From positions 75,578,001-75,642,000 of the forward strand of contig OZ336884.1 of assembly GCA_965287045.1 (NCBI GenBank): a stretch of 64,000 nucleotides of DNA, given 5' to 3'. Below are positions 1 to 12,139 of this stretch, piece after piece. Made by a program: the position numbers and the translations under genes. The DNA comes from Carcharhinus amblyrhynchos (lineage: Eukaryota). The notes beneath the pieces are model-generated. The model worked only from the letters and a program-made list of their open reading frames with translations, was not told the DNA's origin and searched no databases. Every line of letters starts with the position of its first letter. The first letter of the stretch is position 1.

Positions 1-238
1 CCTACTAATCCCTCTAATTTATGCATCCTGGGACACAAAGGGGCAATTTAGAATGGCCAATCAACGTAGCCTGCATATCTTAGCACTGTGAGAGGAAACC
101 AGAGAACCCAGAAGAAACCCATGCAGGCACAGGGAGAATGTGCAAACTCCACACAAACAATGACCTGAGCCAGGATTTGAACCCAGGTCCCTGGAGCTGA
201 GAAGCAGCAGTGCTAACCATTGAGCTACCATGCCACCC
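1..238 (-). mobile_element. HE1-type tRNA-derived V-SINE (cut by window edge)
   Basis: Reverse complement gives the tRNA head GGTGGCATGGTAGCTCAATGGTTAGCACTGCTGC..GGGTTCAAATCC and V-domain TGTGTGGAGTTTGCACATTCTCCCTGTG, as in the elasmobranch HE1 family. Confidence 0.85.
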
Positions 239-1124
239 AGATCATTAGATTGTGATGAAAAACAAATTCTGCTATTATAACAGGGACTACACTTACAAAG
301 AAAACTTAACTAGACTTGGGATGTCCAATGATGATGTGAAAGATGCCACATTAATGCTAGTCTTTTTGCTTCCTTGCTGCTGTTAATGGCCCACAGCATG
401 TCATGTTGTCCAATTTTGAGCTGCTAAATCTGTTCTCAACTTCTCCCATTTAGCCATGTGGACATGCCACATAACATGAGGGTAATCATATGCAGTGGTC
501 ACTCCTAACAATGCCGATAATCAAATCTGGTTCAAATGAAGAGTGTAGAACAACATACTTGGAAGTGAACCAGACACACCTGGATGCCTTAATTTGAAAG
601 GCTACAAAATAATACTACATGCAGGAAACAGACAAAGCTAAGATCCTACAACCACAAATCAAGTTAAACCTCTGCAGACCTGCCACATCCAGTCATACCG
701 CTGAATAATTAACGGGAAGAAATATTTTTGTGAACGTCCTCTATTGAGTCAATGATGGCAGAGCCTGGACGACAATGCAAAAAGGAAGTCTGAAGTTTTA
801 GTAATCAACTTCAGCCAGAAGTGCAAAGTGGATGATTCTTTTAAGATTTCTATCTCAGGTCCATCCTTTCCCACATTTGAGTCTGTAGCAAAATCAATTC
901 ACTCTTCACTTCAACAGTTGAGAATACTGGACTTGGCAATGGATATTGGTGTAAAAGAAACCCTAGTTGTCAATGTTCTATTTAAATTGCCCAGATTTGT
1001 CCTGCTGAATGACAGAAAATTATAGTGCTTCTATACCCCAACAGTGATGCCAATATTTAGATCCAAAAGAGTTCAGCTACACAAAGCTGCTCTTACTTAC
1101 ATTATCCACGCAGTCAGAATGAAG

Positions 1125-1380
1125 GAAGGACTTGCATATCTAAATATCTCATGACATCTCAAATCAGTGTACATTGAATTACTTTGAATATCAGTGACTT
1201 GAGTAATCTAATGCAATTTTGCACACAATCATATAAACTGCAAGGGTCAAGGCAGTCCAGAGGAACATGGCTATTTTCTTCAAATGGAGTTGTAAACAAC
1301 TAATATATAGTTGAATCACTGGAATGGGCAAAGGGGTCTCGTGTCTCATCCAAAGAACTGTATCTCCAAAAATAGATGTA
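1125..1380 (-). mobile_element. Decayed Deu-domain SINE (AmnSINE/SacSINE-like)
   Basis: Minus strand has TTGAAGAAAATAGCCATG and TGTGCAAAATTGCATTAG..GTCACTG, resembling the copies at 5110-5390 and 7700-7945. Confidence 0.5.
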
Positions 1381-1769
1381 TTACAGGAAGTGACCACCTG
1401 GCCCATCCTTTCTTTTGATAAACAACTTTGTGCAAAGTATTCCATATTCCTAAACACAAAGAAATCTCTCAAGCGCTCTCCCCACTTTTCGTCGTAATTT
1501 TAAAGTGACGACTCCTTATGACCAACTCCCCGAACAGAGTCTACTATTCACTCCATTTTAAGTAAATATCCCTTTAATGATGTGTTAATTCTCAACAGGC
1601 AATCTCCGGTACAGATAATGAAACATAATATGCAAGTATTGCTGAAAGAAGAGACACATGGTCAAAGCCTTTTGTCTTACACTCACTGTGCTAACAGTGC
1701 CAAATTAAGGGTGCAATCATTTATAGCTTTCTAACCCCCAGACCTCAACACCAAACACACACCACCCTG

Positions 1770-2345
1770 GGAGTAATAACCATAAACAGAACACTGGCTA
1801 CAACAGCAGATCAGAAGCTAGGAATCCTACAGCGAGTAACTCCCACCCTGACTGCCCCAGAGCCTGTCCACCATCTACAAGGCACAAATCAGGAGCGTGG
1901 TGGAATACTCTCCACTTGCTTGGATCAGGACAGCTCCAAAAACACTCAAAGAAGCTCAACACCGCAGAACAAAGCGGCCTACTTGACTGGCAACCCATCA
2001 ACAGCAGTGTGAACTGTCTACAAGATGCACTGCAGGGACTCAAAGGTTCCAGAGACAGTATCTTACAAACCCATGACTACCACCATCTAGAAGAACAAGC
2101 AGATATATGGCAACACCATCACCTGGAAATTTCCCTCCAAGTCTCTGACCATCCTGACTTGGAAATACCACTGTTACTGGGCCAAAATCCTGAACTCCCT
2201 CCCTAATACACTGTGGATGTAGCTGCACCACAGACTGCAGCAGTTCAAGAAGAGACAGCTCGCCAACATCTTTTCAAAGGCCATTAGGGGTGGACAATAA
2301 CTGGTGACCTAGCCAATGATGCCCACATATGACAAAATGCACACC
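1770..2345 (+). mobile_element. 3' fragment of a CR1/L2-group LINE
   Basis: Translates to STIYKAQIRSVVEYSPLAW (C-terminal RT region), followed by a 3' UTR ending ATTAGGGGTGGACAATAA..GATGCCCACAT. Confidence 0.75.
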
Positions 2346-3359
2346 TTTTTTCAGAAATACTAATGTGTTTCCTTCAGGTTGTTTTCATTGTTTTGGTTAC
2401 ACTTTGCAATCCTTCAAATGGGTTGATTAGAGAAATATAGTTGCTAGCCCTGTTCGTGCAGATCCTAGATGACATGGACAGAACACAGTACCATTTCAAC
2501 CTTGCATTTCCAGTACAAAATATAAATGGGACATTAAACAGATAAGGGTTAAGTCAAACTAAACGTCATTTGTTACAGGAATGTTTGGGTCACTACTATT
2601 TCCTGTCTACTATTGCCCATCTCAAGAATATAAATCTTCTAAAGCAGTTTTGGACAGAAGTGAATCTTCTTTCACTATTTGATATGAACAAGAAATCTCC
2701 ATATTCGGCGTTGAAGTTCAGACTCTCTCTCTAAACAGCTTTAGATGTTTGTTCAGAGTTTTCTGTTTAGTCATTTATGGAGCAGTCTTAATTTTTGTGC
2801 ACAGTTGATGGCCCTTTGCGTGAACAATGTTTTTGTTTTAAATCTATGGACTCGAATCTTGCCAGTTTTTGCAAAGACAGTGGTTTAAATTTTCAGCGCA
2901 TTCAAGCTTATTATTATGAATAATCGGTTTATGACAGGATCATTTGGCACCTAGCTCAACAAGATTTGCTACTCACCCCCTATCATATGTAAGCACATAG
3001 GGTCATGACAATGAATTTCCAACTTCACTTATGCTAAGAAATTTTGGGTAGGAAGTTGGAGTGTTGGAAATTGTCATCTTCCATGATATCCCCTCCCACT
3101 AGAATGATCTGTCGTGAGCGAAAGTGCAAGGAATGAAGAAGCAAGCATGTGAATATAGTATATAGCTTATAGTTGACTATTTTTATTATGAAATCTTGAG
3201 ACTAACAATACATTTGGCAAACCATTTTAGTATTATACAACACAGATTGAAAATTAGGCTGTAGGACCAAACTAATGACAGTTACAGGAGACATTGAAAA
3301 CTGTTCACTCTTGCCTCATAGCCAAATAGGAGATGGGTTCAAGTCCCACTTGGGATCTT

Positions 3360-4833
3360 AGAACATAAGAACATAAGAAATAGGAGCAGAAGTAGGCCAT
3401 CTGGCCCTTCGAGCCTGCCCCGCCATTCAATAAGATCATGGCTGATCTGTCGTGGCTCAGTTCCACTTTCCCGCCCTCTCCCCATAACCCTTAATCCCTT
3501 CTCTTATCAAAAACCCATCAACCCGCTTCTTAAAAATATTTAGCGAGGCAGCCTCCACCACTTCAACGGGCAGAGAATTCCAGAGATTCACCACCCTTTG
3601 AGTGAAGAAGTTCCTCCTCAACTCCGTTCTGAACCGCCCCCCCTTTATCTTGAGGCTGTGCCCCCTAGTCCTACTGTCTTTTTTGAGCGGGAAGAGTCTT
3701 TCCACCTCTATCCTATCCATCCCATTCATCATCTTATACGTCTCAATGAGATCTCCCCTCATTCTTCTAAACTCTAACGAGTACAAGCCTAGTTTATTCA
3801 GCCTCTCCTCATAGCTCAACCCCCTCAACTCCGGTATCAGCCTAGTAAACCTCCTCTGCACTCCCTCCAAGGCCAAAATATCCTTGCGCAGGTGCGGCGC
3901 CCAAAACTGCACACAGTACTCCAGCTGCGGCCTCACCAATGCCCTATACAGCTGCAGCAAGACCTCCCTACTTTTATATTCAATCCCCCTCGCTATGAAG
4001 GCCAGCATCCCATTCGCCTTCCTGACCACCTGCTGCACCTGCACGCTGGGTTTTTGCGACTCATGCACAAGGACCCCGAGGTCCCTCTGCACCGTCGCCT
4101 GCTGCAGTTTTTCGCCACGTAAGTAATAGTCCTTCCTACCATTCTTCCTACCAAAGTGGACCACCTCACACTTGCCAACATTAAATTCCATTTGCCATTT
4201 CCTGGCCCATTCGCCCAGCCTATCTAGATCCTTCTGCAGACTCTCCACACCCTCCGCACAATTTGCCTTTCCCCCAATCTTGGTGTCATCAGCAAATTTC
4301 GACACCCTACACTCGGTTCCCTCCTCCAGATCATCTATATAAATGGTAAATAGCTGAGGCCCCAGCACCGACCCCTGGGGCACCCCACTAGTCACCAACC
4401 GCCAATCCGAATAGCACCCATTGACCCCCACTCTCTGCCTCCTATTTGACAACCAATCCTCTATCCACGCTAACACCCTACCCCCAACTCCATGTCCTCT
4501 GACCTTCTGCAGTAACCTCTTGTGAGGTACCTTATCAAACGCCTTCTGAAAATCCAGAAAGACCACATCCACCGGCTCTCCTCTATCCACCGCCCTAGAC
4601 ACATCCTCATAGAACTCCAGTAAATTTGTCAGACACGATTTCCCTTTAATGAAACCGTGTTGCGTCTGCCCTATCAAGCAATTCCCTTCAAGATGCCTCG
4701 CAATTTCCTCCTTAATGACGGATTCTAACATTTTACCTACCACAGACGTTAAACTAACCGGCCTGTAATTCCCCGCCTTTTGCCTGGCACCCTTCTTAAA
4801 CAACGGCGTAACATTAGCCGTTTTCCAGCACAC
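3360..4833 (-). mobile_element. Young 5'-truncated CR1 (HER1-like) LINE
   Basis: Uninterrupted RT ORF, then a 3' UTR and (TTCTTATG)n tail at 3360-3380; CpGs largely intact. Confidence 0.97.
3457..4833 (-). CDS. CR1 ORF2 reverse transcriptase, C-terminal 458 aa (no true start; 5' truncated)
   Basis: Motifs NYRPVSLTS, QHGF, FLDFQKAFDKVPH, GVPQGSVLGP, FADDTK, RDLGVLV, YCVQFWAP, RTRGHSLK. Confidence 0.9.
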   Translation of the reverse strand: MCWKTANVTPLFKKGARQKAGNYRPVSLTSVVGKMLESVIKEEIARHLEGNCLIGQTQHGFIKGKSCLTNLLEFYEDVSRAVDRGEPVDVVFLDFQKAFDKVPHKRLLQKVRGHGVGGRVLAWIEDWLSNRRQRVGVNGCYSDWRLVTSGVPQGSVLGPQLFTIYIDDLEEGTECRVSKFADDTKIGGKANCAEGVESLQKDLDRLGEWARKWQMEFNVGKCEVVHFGRKNGRKDYYLRGEKLQQATVQRDLGVLVHESQKPSVQVQQVVRKANGMLAFIARGIEYKSREVLLQLYRALVRPQLEYCVQFWAPHLRKDILALEGVQRRFTRLIPELRGLSYEERLNKLGLYSLEFRRMRGDLIETYKMMNGMDRIEVERLFPLKKDSRTRGHSLKIKGGRFRTELRRNFFTQRVVNLWNSLPVEVVEAASLNIFKKRVDGFLIREGIKGYGERAGKWN

Positions 4834-4839
4834 TATCTA

Positions 4840-5109
4840 AACTAGTAATAAGTAATGTTCTGGGTGCCCAGGTTTGAATTCTGCCAAGGCAGATGAAGTA
4901 ATTTGAATTCAATATTGTCAGGAAAAACCCATCTGGTTCACTAATGCCCTTTAGGGAAGGGACTCTGCCATTCTTATCTGGTCTGGCTCACATGCAACTC
5001 TGTAGCCATAACAATGTGAATGATTCTCAACTGCCTTCAGGCAACTTGATATGGACAATAAATGCTGGCCAGCCAGCAACACCCATGTTCCACAAATGGA
5101 TTAAAAAAA
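4840..5109 (+). mobile_element. Shark tRNA-derived SINE with LINE-type 3' tail
   Basis: GGTTTGAATTC box-B-like head, core AAAACCCATCTGGTTCACTAATGCCCTTTAGGGAAGG, tail ACAATAAATGCTGGCC..ATTAAAAAAA; related pieces at 11430-11660 (+) and 34445-34620 (-). Confidence 0.75.
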
Positions 5110-5390
5110 GTGCAGATAAGGCTTTAGCCAAGACTTTGTTTCCTTTCTCAGGTGGATGTTAAAGATCTCATGGCAGTATTTTTTTTTAAAGAGAGGAGCT
5201 GGGAAAGTGCTTTTCAGATTTCTAGGTTAAAGCATCACATACAAAAAAAACCAGGTTATCTGTGTTGTGCTTGCTATGGTTAAATTGGTCACCTTGATTC
5301 TGTACAAAATGACTATGCTTCAGAAGCACATTAATGGTAAATTTATGATGCCCCAAGAACATGAATATTGTTATATAACTGAAAACTTCT
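5110..5390 (+). mobile_element. Body of a Deu-domain SINE whose head lies at 3305-3360
   Basis: TCTCAGGTGGATGTTAAAGATCTCATGGCAGTATT matches the Deu-domain pattern; head GGGTTCAAGTCCCAC sits just before the CR1 tail. Confidence 0.6.
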
Positions 5391-5401
5391 AAATCCCTGT
5401 T

Positions 5402-5704
5402 GGCAGCACGGTGGCACAATGGTTAGCACTGCTGCCTCATAGCTCCAGGGACCTCAGGTCACTGCCTGTGCGGAGTTTGTACATTCTCCCAGTGTCTGCA
5501 TAGGGTTCCTTTAGATACTTCAGTTTCTTCCCACAGTCCAATGACATGGGGGGTTAGGCTGACTGGCCATACAAAATTGTCCCTTAGTGTCAGGAAGACG
5601 AGCAGGGTAAATACGTGGAGTCACAAGGATAGGGTCTGGAGGGATTGTTGCTTGTGCAGGCTCAGTGGGCCGAATGGCCTCCATTTGCACTGTAAAGATT
5701 CTAT
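5402..5704 (+). mobile_element. HE1-type V-SINE, near full length
   Basis: GGCAGCACGGTGGCACAATGGTTAGCACTGCTGCCTCA head, V-domain, tail GGGCCGAATGGCCTCC..CTGTAAAGATTCTAT. Confidence 0.9.
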
Positions 5705-6347
5705 AAAGGATGAAGCAAATTAATGGTGAGTCAATATGAGTGTTCCAGTTTTGCTTTAAAAGTGTTAAAAAGGCACAAAACAAAATACTTTGTTTCTTTA
5801 CTATAACCATTACTACTCCTTTTTGCCTTTTGTTCCATGATATCTTTCCCACACACTCTAAGCCATCCCCAAACTTCCTTGTTCCACCCCAGTGCAGTGA
5901 ATCTGGCCCCTCCCCCAGGGGTCAGGTGGCAGTGGGGTGGTGTTCCCTGAGCATGGGCAACCCTAGCAGTGGTTGTGTGTGCGCGCGTGTGCGTGTCAGG
6001 CCTGGCCTGGGAATGCTTGTACGGGCCATGGGGATGTCAAGAGGGACAGCACTGCAAGGGTCCAAGACTGACCAGCGATTGAGTTGGTCAGCAAACTGCA
6101 GACTGACAGTTTGGGCCACTGTGCATGCACAGAGTTCTGTAACTGTTAGACTCTTGTGTGAAAGGGCCCCGCCCCCTAGCTTTTAACAATATTCATGAAA
6201 GACTCAAATCTCCCACATTCTGAACTCCCACTGAAAAAAACCACAATTTTTTCCGCCAATTCAGCACTTGAATTTTTTTTGGAGAATCGCCCCCATAAGA
6301 TTTTATTTTAAATTTAATCTAATGTTTGTGTATCAAACATATCTCTC

Positions 6348-6610
6348 AAAAATAAAAACAGAAAATGCTGGAAAGACTCAGTATCTGCAGAGAGAGAGAG
6401 AGAGAGAGTGAGAGTCAATGTTTGAGTCTGACTTCTTCAGAGCCATCATCATTTCTAGCATCAGCAATATTTTGGTTTTATATCTCACAAAAAGGCAGGT
6501 AATGACTAGGACCCTAATAAATCAAAAATGCTGGAAATATTCAGGTTGGACAGCATCTGTAGACTGAAACAAATTTAACTCATCAAGTCAATAATGCTCT
6601 TTCATCATAA
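6348..6610 (-). mobile_element. Two Penelope-like element terminal fragments plus a (GA)n microsatellite
   Basis: AAAATGCTGGAAA..CAGCATCTG motif twice; minus strand CTGAAGAAGTCAGACTCAAAC is a degenerate hammerhead core; (GA)n at ~6388-6408. Confidence 0.6.
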
Positions 6611-6929
6611 CAGTTAGGAACTATGAGGGCATCCACAACAACACATTTTATTTCCTTTATTACTTGGACCCCTCTCCCAAACATCTTTCCAGTACGCTGA
6701 TGGCTGTATCAGTGCTATTTCTGCTCTCACCTGGAACTGAACATTTTAATTAAACAGCTAGCACAACTTTGATAACTTTACAGAACAATGCAATTTGTGA
6801 TTCAGTTGTGTTCCCCAATTGGAGTTGATTAGGGATTAACATGATACAATAAAACTGTAGTTTTTCTTAAAGACATGTAGCAAAATTATGAATCTTCAAA
6901 CATATGAAAACCATGATCTTCCCTTGGTT

Positions 6930-7303
6930 CAGTGGTGGGCAACCTGTAGCCCATCTAGGCTCTGAGTGCAGCCCATGAGGTTTTGTTGATGGTTGCCATA
7001 TTTTGCTGATTTCCATCACATAATTTTTTCCCCTATATATCTGACTGAAGTGATATGCATGTAAAGCGCGGAGAAGTGAAGCGACACACACAAAGCCAGG
7101 TGCTCCTTCTGCATCCAAAATGTGAATATTTATTTTGATTTACCCATTGAAGTTGATGATAATTCTATTAACAAATGATTACGCATTTTCTATAACTCAT
7201 TCTGAAATACTTGGGCCATGGTGAGTGAACAAGTGAAATAATTTTGTGGCTCACTGAGGGCCACCCATGCAGCCCATCCACTACCCTAGGATGTCCATCA
7301 CTG
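6930..7303. mobile_element. Non-autonomous hAT-like DNA transposon (MITE)
   Basis: Imperfect 16-bp TIRs CAGTGGTGGGCAACCT / AGGATGTCCATCACTG (13/16) and degenerate 8-bp flanks CCTTGGTT / CCTTAAAT. Confidence 0.65.
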
Positions 7304-7699
7304 CCTTAAATATTCTCTTGCATCTAAGCGGTGTACACATTTCCACAAGCAGCCTGAAAATTTTATTTAGAAGTGTGGTAGTAGTGCCAACTATTTAAAC
7401 TATACATAAATGTAATCAAAAAGGTGTTATAACAGTATGCCAGGGAGATTTGAAATTACTTGCATAGGTGTTTCTTAGAAAGGCAGACATGCAGAAGAAC
7501 AAGGTCAGATATACTTAGAAACAGGAATAAGTCATTCGGAGCTTGATCTGCTGCTTGATAAAATTATTGTTGATCTGTACATCAGCTCCATTTTCAATTG
7601 GTTTATTTACATCCCTTGGCACCATCATCAAAATTTAGTCACCAAGTCTTAGACTTCATCTTCAACCATCTAAATTCAAGGGTATAGAAGCCAACTTCA

Positions 7700-7945
7700 A
7701 GAACAAAATACCATTTCACACAGCACCTTTCACAACCACAGCGCATCCCAAGGAGTTTTACAGTCAATGAAGGACCTATGAAGTTTATTATTACATTGTG
7801 ATGTAATAATGACCAGAATTTGTTTTGTAGAGGATTAATATTGGCCTGGACATCAGGAATAGTAGTATCACAGAATCTTTTATCTATATTCAAAGATGGT
7901 GCCATGGTTTAGAATCTTCATCCTAAAGATGACATTGTTACCAAT
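7700..7945 (-). mobile_element. Deu-domain SINE
   Basis: Minus strand GATGAAGATTCTAAACCATGGCACCATCTTTGAA..CCTGATGTCCAGGCCAATATTAATCCTC..CTGGTCATTATTACATC..TGTAAAACTCCTTGGGATG. Confidence 0.65.
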
Positions 7946-7954
7946 GAAACAAAA

Positions 7955-8210
7955 AAAAAGGAGCAGGAGTAGGTCATTTGGCCCTTTAAGCCTGCTCGGC
8001 CATTCAACATGCTCATGGCTGAGCCTATGTCTCAATTCCATACTCCAGCGTTCTCCCCTATCCCTTGACACCTTTGGAGTCTACACAACTATTTCCTTCT
8101 TAAATATATTCAGTAATTTGGTCCCCACAGTTTTGTGGTAGAGAATTTCACAGGTTCACCCAGTGCAGAAACTTCTCATCTCGGTCCAAAATGGTCCACC
8201 TTGTATCTAT
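7955..8210 (-). mobile_element. CR1 3' end fragment
   Basis: GGAGCAGGAGTAGGTCATTTGGCCCTTTAAGCCTGCTC, the same 3' UTR as the CR1 at 3380-3440. Confidence 0.75.
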
Positions 8211-8748
8211 CAATTAACAAAACCTAACAATGCCTTCCCTTGCTACTTCATTATTGTGCACAAATTCATCACCATTATCCAGTGAAGTTTATCAAATTAC
8301 ATGTTTAAGTGTTAAAACAAAGCTAGTTATGCATGTTCATGTGTATTAATTCAAGCACCGATTTCTACATCTAAAGTATTAAAAGCTTTGTTCCAAATCA
8401 ACAAGTTGGTGCAGTACAAAAGCTGTGCGGAATATGCAACCATTTAAATCTTGGAAAAATTAAAAATTGTCCCATCGTCAACATTAAAGTAAAACTGGAT
8501 CTCTTTGCTCAAGTTTTGGTAGATTGGCAAGTTTGTGCATTTAATCAAATACCTCTAATAATGCCATGGAGTAACAAGCTAACAGAATTGGATCAAATGT
8601 ATTGGTGACACGTTTATCATCTTGTCCCCGCCAAGCAACCCCCAAAGAAAAATTCCACACAATGTAATTGGTTGAATACATTCATTTTGTGTGGGGCAAA
8701 ATCCTGAAAATATTTTCTTCAGAATCTAGCTGCAACACATGATCTGAC

Positions 8749-9070
8749 CCAAAGATGTGTAGGTTAGGTTGATTGGCCATGCTAAGAAATTGCCCCTTAG
8801 TGTCCAGGGATGTGTCGGTCAGAGGGATTAGTGGGTATAATATGTAGGGATATGGGGATAGGGCCTGGTTTGGGATTGTGTTCGGTGCAGACTCGATGGG
8901 CCGAAGGGCCTCTTTCTGCACTGTAGGGTTCAATGATTCTATGATCCTTATAGAATTCTATCCCATTGTGCAGGTTAGATGGAATAGCCCTGGTAAATAC
9001 AGATTTACTGGGATAGGTTGGGATGCTCTTTCGGAGAGTGTCTTTCTGCACTGTAGAGATTCCATAATTC
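8749..9070 (+). mobile_element. Two tandem 5'-truncated HE1 SINE 3' halves
   Basis: CCAAAGATGTGTAGGTTAGGTTGATTGGCCATGCT..GGGCCGAAGGGCCTCTTTCTGCACTGTAGG..ATTCTATG, then a second shorter tail. Confidence 0.75.
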
Positions 9071-10040
9071 CAGGTCTTGCCTCAACCGCTCTTACTGACA
9101 ACCCTGTTCCTCTATGGAAATACTATCATGGGTTCCCAAATGGAAAATTAGGGTTTGGGGTCACAAGCTCCCAATCCTATGAGGCAGCAATGGCAAATGT
9201 GGATAGAAGACTACCCAGCCTTGATGCTCTAGTAGGACCATGGGCCCACTGGATCAATGCTTGAAAGGGGCAGATAGTGAGCCCAAGTGATCTTTAATCT
9301 TAGAAAATACATTTGGCACAAATGCGGAGCAGGCCTGGGATGTTTGCACACCGACTTGATGCAGACAGAAACTGGCAAGTGTAACTCTGACTGACTGACA
9401 TGCCGAGAGTGCAGGAAAACCTGGGAGGTCATACAGCAGAGCTGAAAGGTTTCAAATTTTGCTGTTTCTGCTCCTGGCTGCCTGCTATACAGGTTCCTTA
9501 CCAAGAGCTAGCAACTGCTTCACAGGTTAACAGCAACTAGACCAAAGAGTGGAAGAGGAATTAATTATAATGCGCATGTGTGTTGGGTGGATGAGGAAAA
9601 GGAGGGAGGCTCAACTCAGTGGTAGTAACTGTCACACATTATATTCCATTCTTGAGAGGCATTTGATTTGATACATTTTTGGACAATGTACAGCTTCACA
9701 TTCTGGTGAATTACTAACCTTGTAAATGAAATTCAATTTAAAGCTGCATTGTGGGGAATGCACACAAACTGTAGTCTCTAGGACTATGAATTTTATTTTG
9801 TATAATTTGAAATCTTCAGTAGAAAATTGAAGTTTGTCTGTAATGTCTGGGAGTACATAAAATGTTTTATGAAGTATTTTAAAAACACAAGGTTTTTAAA
9901 GATGTATAGTATATTAGTTTTTAATATGCAAATGTTTAATAATTACATACCGAATGTGATAATGCTGCTTTATTGCTGGGATCACATTAATTTAAGTGTT
10001 ACAATTGTGGGGTTATGTTAGAAATACTTGAGAACAACTG

Positions 10041-11200
10041 CCGTATATACTTGCACAAGTCAACCCCATGACTTTTAACCCCCAGAAGTATTTGTTTACC
10101 TTTTGTAAACTGACCCATTAATTACTTAGTGGTAATTACTATACAAGTTACATGCTGGAAGCTTCAGATTTTCCCCCACCAGTCCTAATAGCAATCTAAA
10201 TCAAATCAACAAGGATATAATGTGCACCACATGATTGATCACAATGCCTTCAAGAAGGAAGAACAAGTACACAGCTCAATTTAAAATGAAAGTTGCAGCA
10301 TTCACTAGTTTAATGAGAGTTTAATATTTCCAAGAAAATGGAGACTGGAGGAAGATATACAATAAACTAGAAAAGATACTGCAGAGTAAGTGTGTTAGCA
10401 GAGCAAAACTGAGCAAGTGGCCTCATCTGAAGGGAAAAGTGGCAGACTGGGTTAACAATCACTACAAAAAGGTTCCATCATCCACAGAGCTACCTGACTC
10501 CAAACCCTCAGAAAAGCGAAGTAAAATGGGGCTGCAGAATTAAGTCAGTCCTGGGTGGTGCACAGGATTAATGCAAAAGTACAATTTAGTACTGTTAGAA
10601 AATAAATATTTGTTTGCTACCTGAATTTGATGTTAAAAGTCAAATTCTACTATTTTGTCATCCAACTTTGAGAAGAATTTATAATTGATGGGTCTGCAAT
10701 GGAAGCATGAATGAAACACCAATGAAATTTCAAATGCCAGTGTGTTACCAAAACTGGTGAAAAAAAATCCTTGTAAAGACGACTGGTCATGAGAGGATGT
10801 GGTTCACAGTACTTCAAACCAGCATGGGAATGGTCCAAAATTAAAACGATGGAGCATTCAAATCTCTTGCCAGAAATGTTTCAGAAATCTTTTGTCATCC
10901 AGTTTGAGAGATTGAATGGATGAAGGCATTTACAAGAAATTTAAGAAAGGGCAGAATTTGAGACTAGCAGGATTGAACAAAGAAGAACATTTGCTCTCCT
11001 CGGAGATGTTAAAATCCCACCTTAGTGATGATGCAGTCCAAGATACAAAATCAACCAATACCAATGTGGAGGTTATTCCTGGCAGTCTCAACCCTTGGAC
11101 GCGCATAAAATAAACTTTTGGAGAGCATCCAAAAGATGTGGTACAGTTGGATGTTGGTTACTGAATATACAGTCCTGTACAGGTCACTGAACCTCTACAA
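10041..11200 (+). mobile_element. Decayed pogo-superfamily (POGK/Tigger-like) DNA transposon with transposase pseudogene
   Basis: Terminus CCGTATATAC; frameshifted translation from ATG 10244: MPSRRKNKYTAQFKMKV, KWPHLKGKVADWV, GWCTGLMQKYNL, GSMNETPMKFQMP, KTTGHER, WMDE, VIPG..QPLD. Confidence 0.8.
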
Positions 11201-12139
11201 ACCTAGAACAATGTTCTGGGGTTCTTGGCTCAAATTCCACCACAGTGGATGGTTAAAAAAAAAACACCATCTTGTAGTAGGCATGGGTGAGTTGAAACTT
11301 TTTTGCCAATTAGCAGCAGAGGTCCCTATGGAGGAGTTCTTGCCCTTAACATCGGGGATCTGGGGTGGAGAAGGTTGCAGTGTCCACTGGCACAGAGGAC
11401 TTCATTGCCCATTGGGCACTGCAGAGTCTGGAACACCAAAGGGAATATGGAATCACATCCAAGACAGTTGGTGGAATTGAAATTCAATTAATAACCAAAG
11501 GAAAAAAAAAGCTGGAAATAATTGAAACCATCAGCTGTCATAAGTGTCTCTGGTTCACTAATGTCCTTCAGGGAAGGAAATCTGCTGGCGTTACCCGCTC
11601 TGACCAACGGGTGAATCCAGACCCATAGAATGTGGTTGATATGTAACTGCTCCATGAAATGATCTGGTATAGGGGTTCCAAAACTGGTGTCTGCAGAACC
11701 CAGAGGGTCAATGGAAGCCTGCCAGAGGGCCTGCAGCAGAACAGGCATATTTGTAAAATTTGAAAAATAATGCAGAGGCGTTAGTGAGAAGTCAGATGAG
11801 TCTGGACAGCAGAGTGATGGGAAGAATGGACTTTGGAACAGAACTTGAGTGAGCGGGTGGCCAGATATGTCTATGCATGAAAAGTGTGTGAATGAGGGAG
11901 GCACGCGAGTGTAGAGAGGGGCGGATGTGTAAGAGAGAGTGAGCTGAGTGTCTCCAATATGAGTATCAGCTTTCTGGCATCATGTCTGGTCATTAAAAAT
12001 GACAAATTGGGAACACTTTTTTTAAAAACATACAGAACTGTTTAAATAACCCATTACTACTTCTGGGGGTTAATGTTAAGTGGCCATGGGTGGGCTGCTT
12101 GGGTTAACATGAGGGGGCCATCTAGCTGTGTAATGTATT

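Noticed and set aside
3602-4181. Short ORFs antisense or out of frame to CR1 RT (also 29058-29339, 49607-49861)
   Set aside because: Shadow ORFs of the LINE coding sequence
5402-5460. tRNA-like sequences (also ~170-238, 41380-41447, 45800-45863, 57735-57790, 59490-59550)
   Set aside because: They are SINE heads continuing into SINE bodies, with no complete cloverleaf
10028-10040. hAT-like terminus TTGAGAACAACTG
   Set aside because: No matching opposite terminus found upstream
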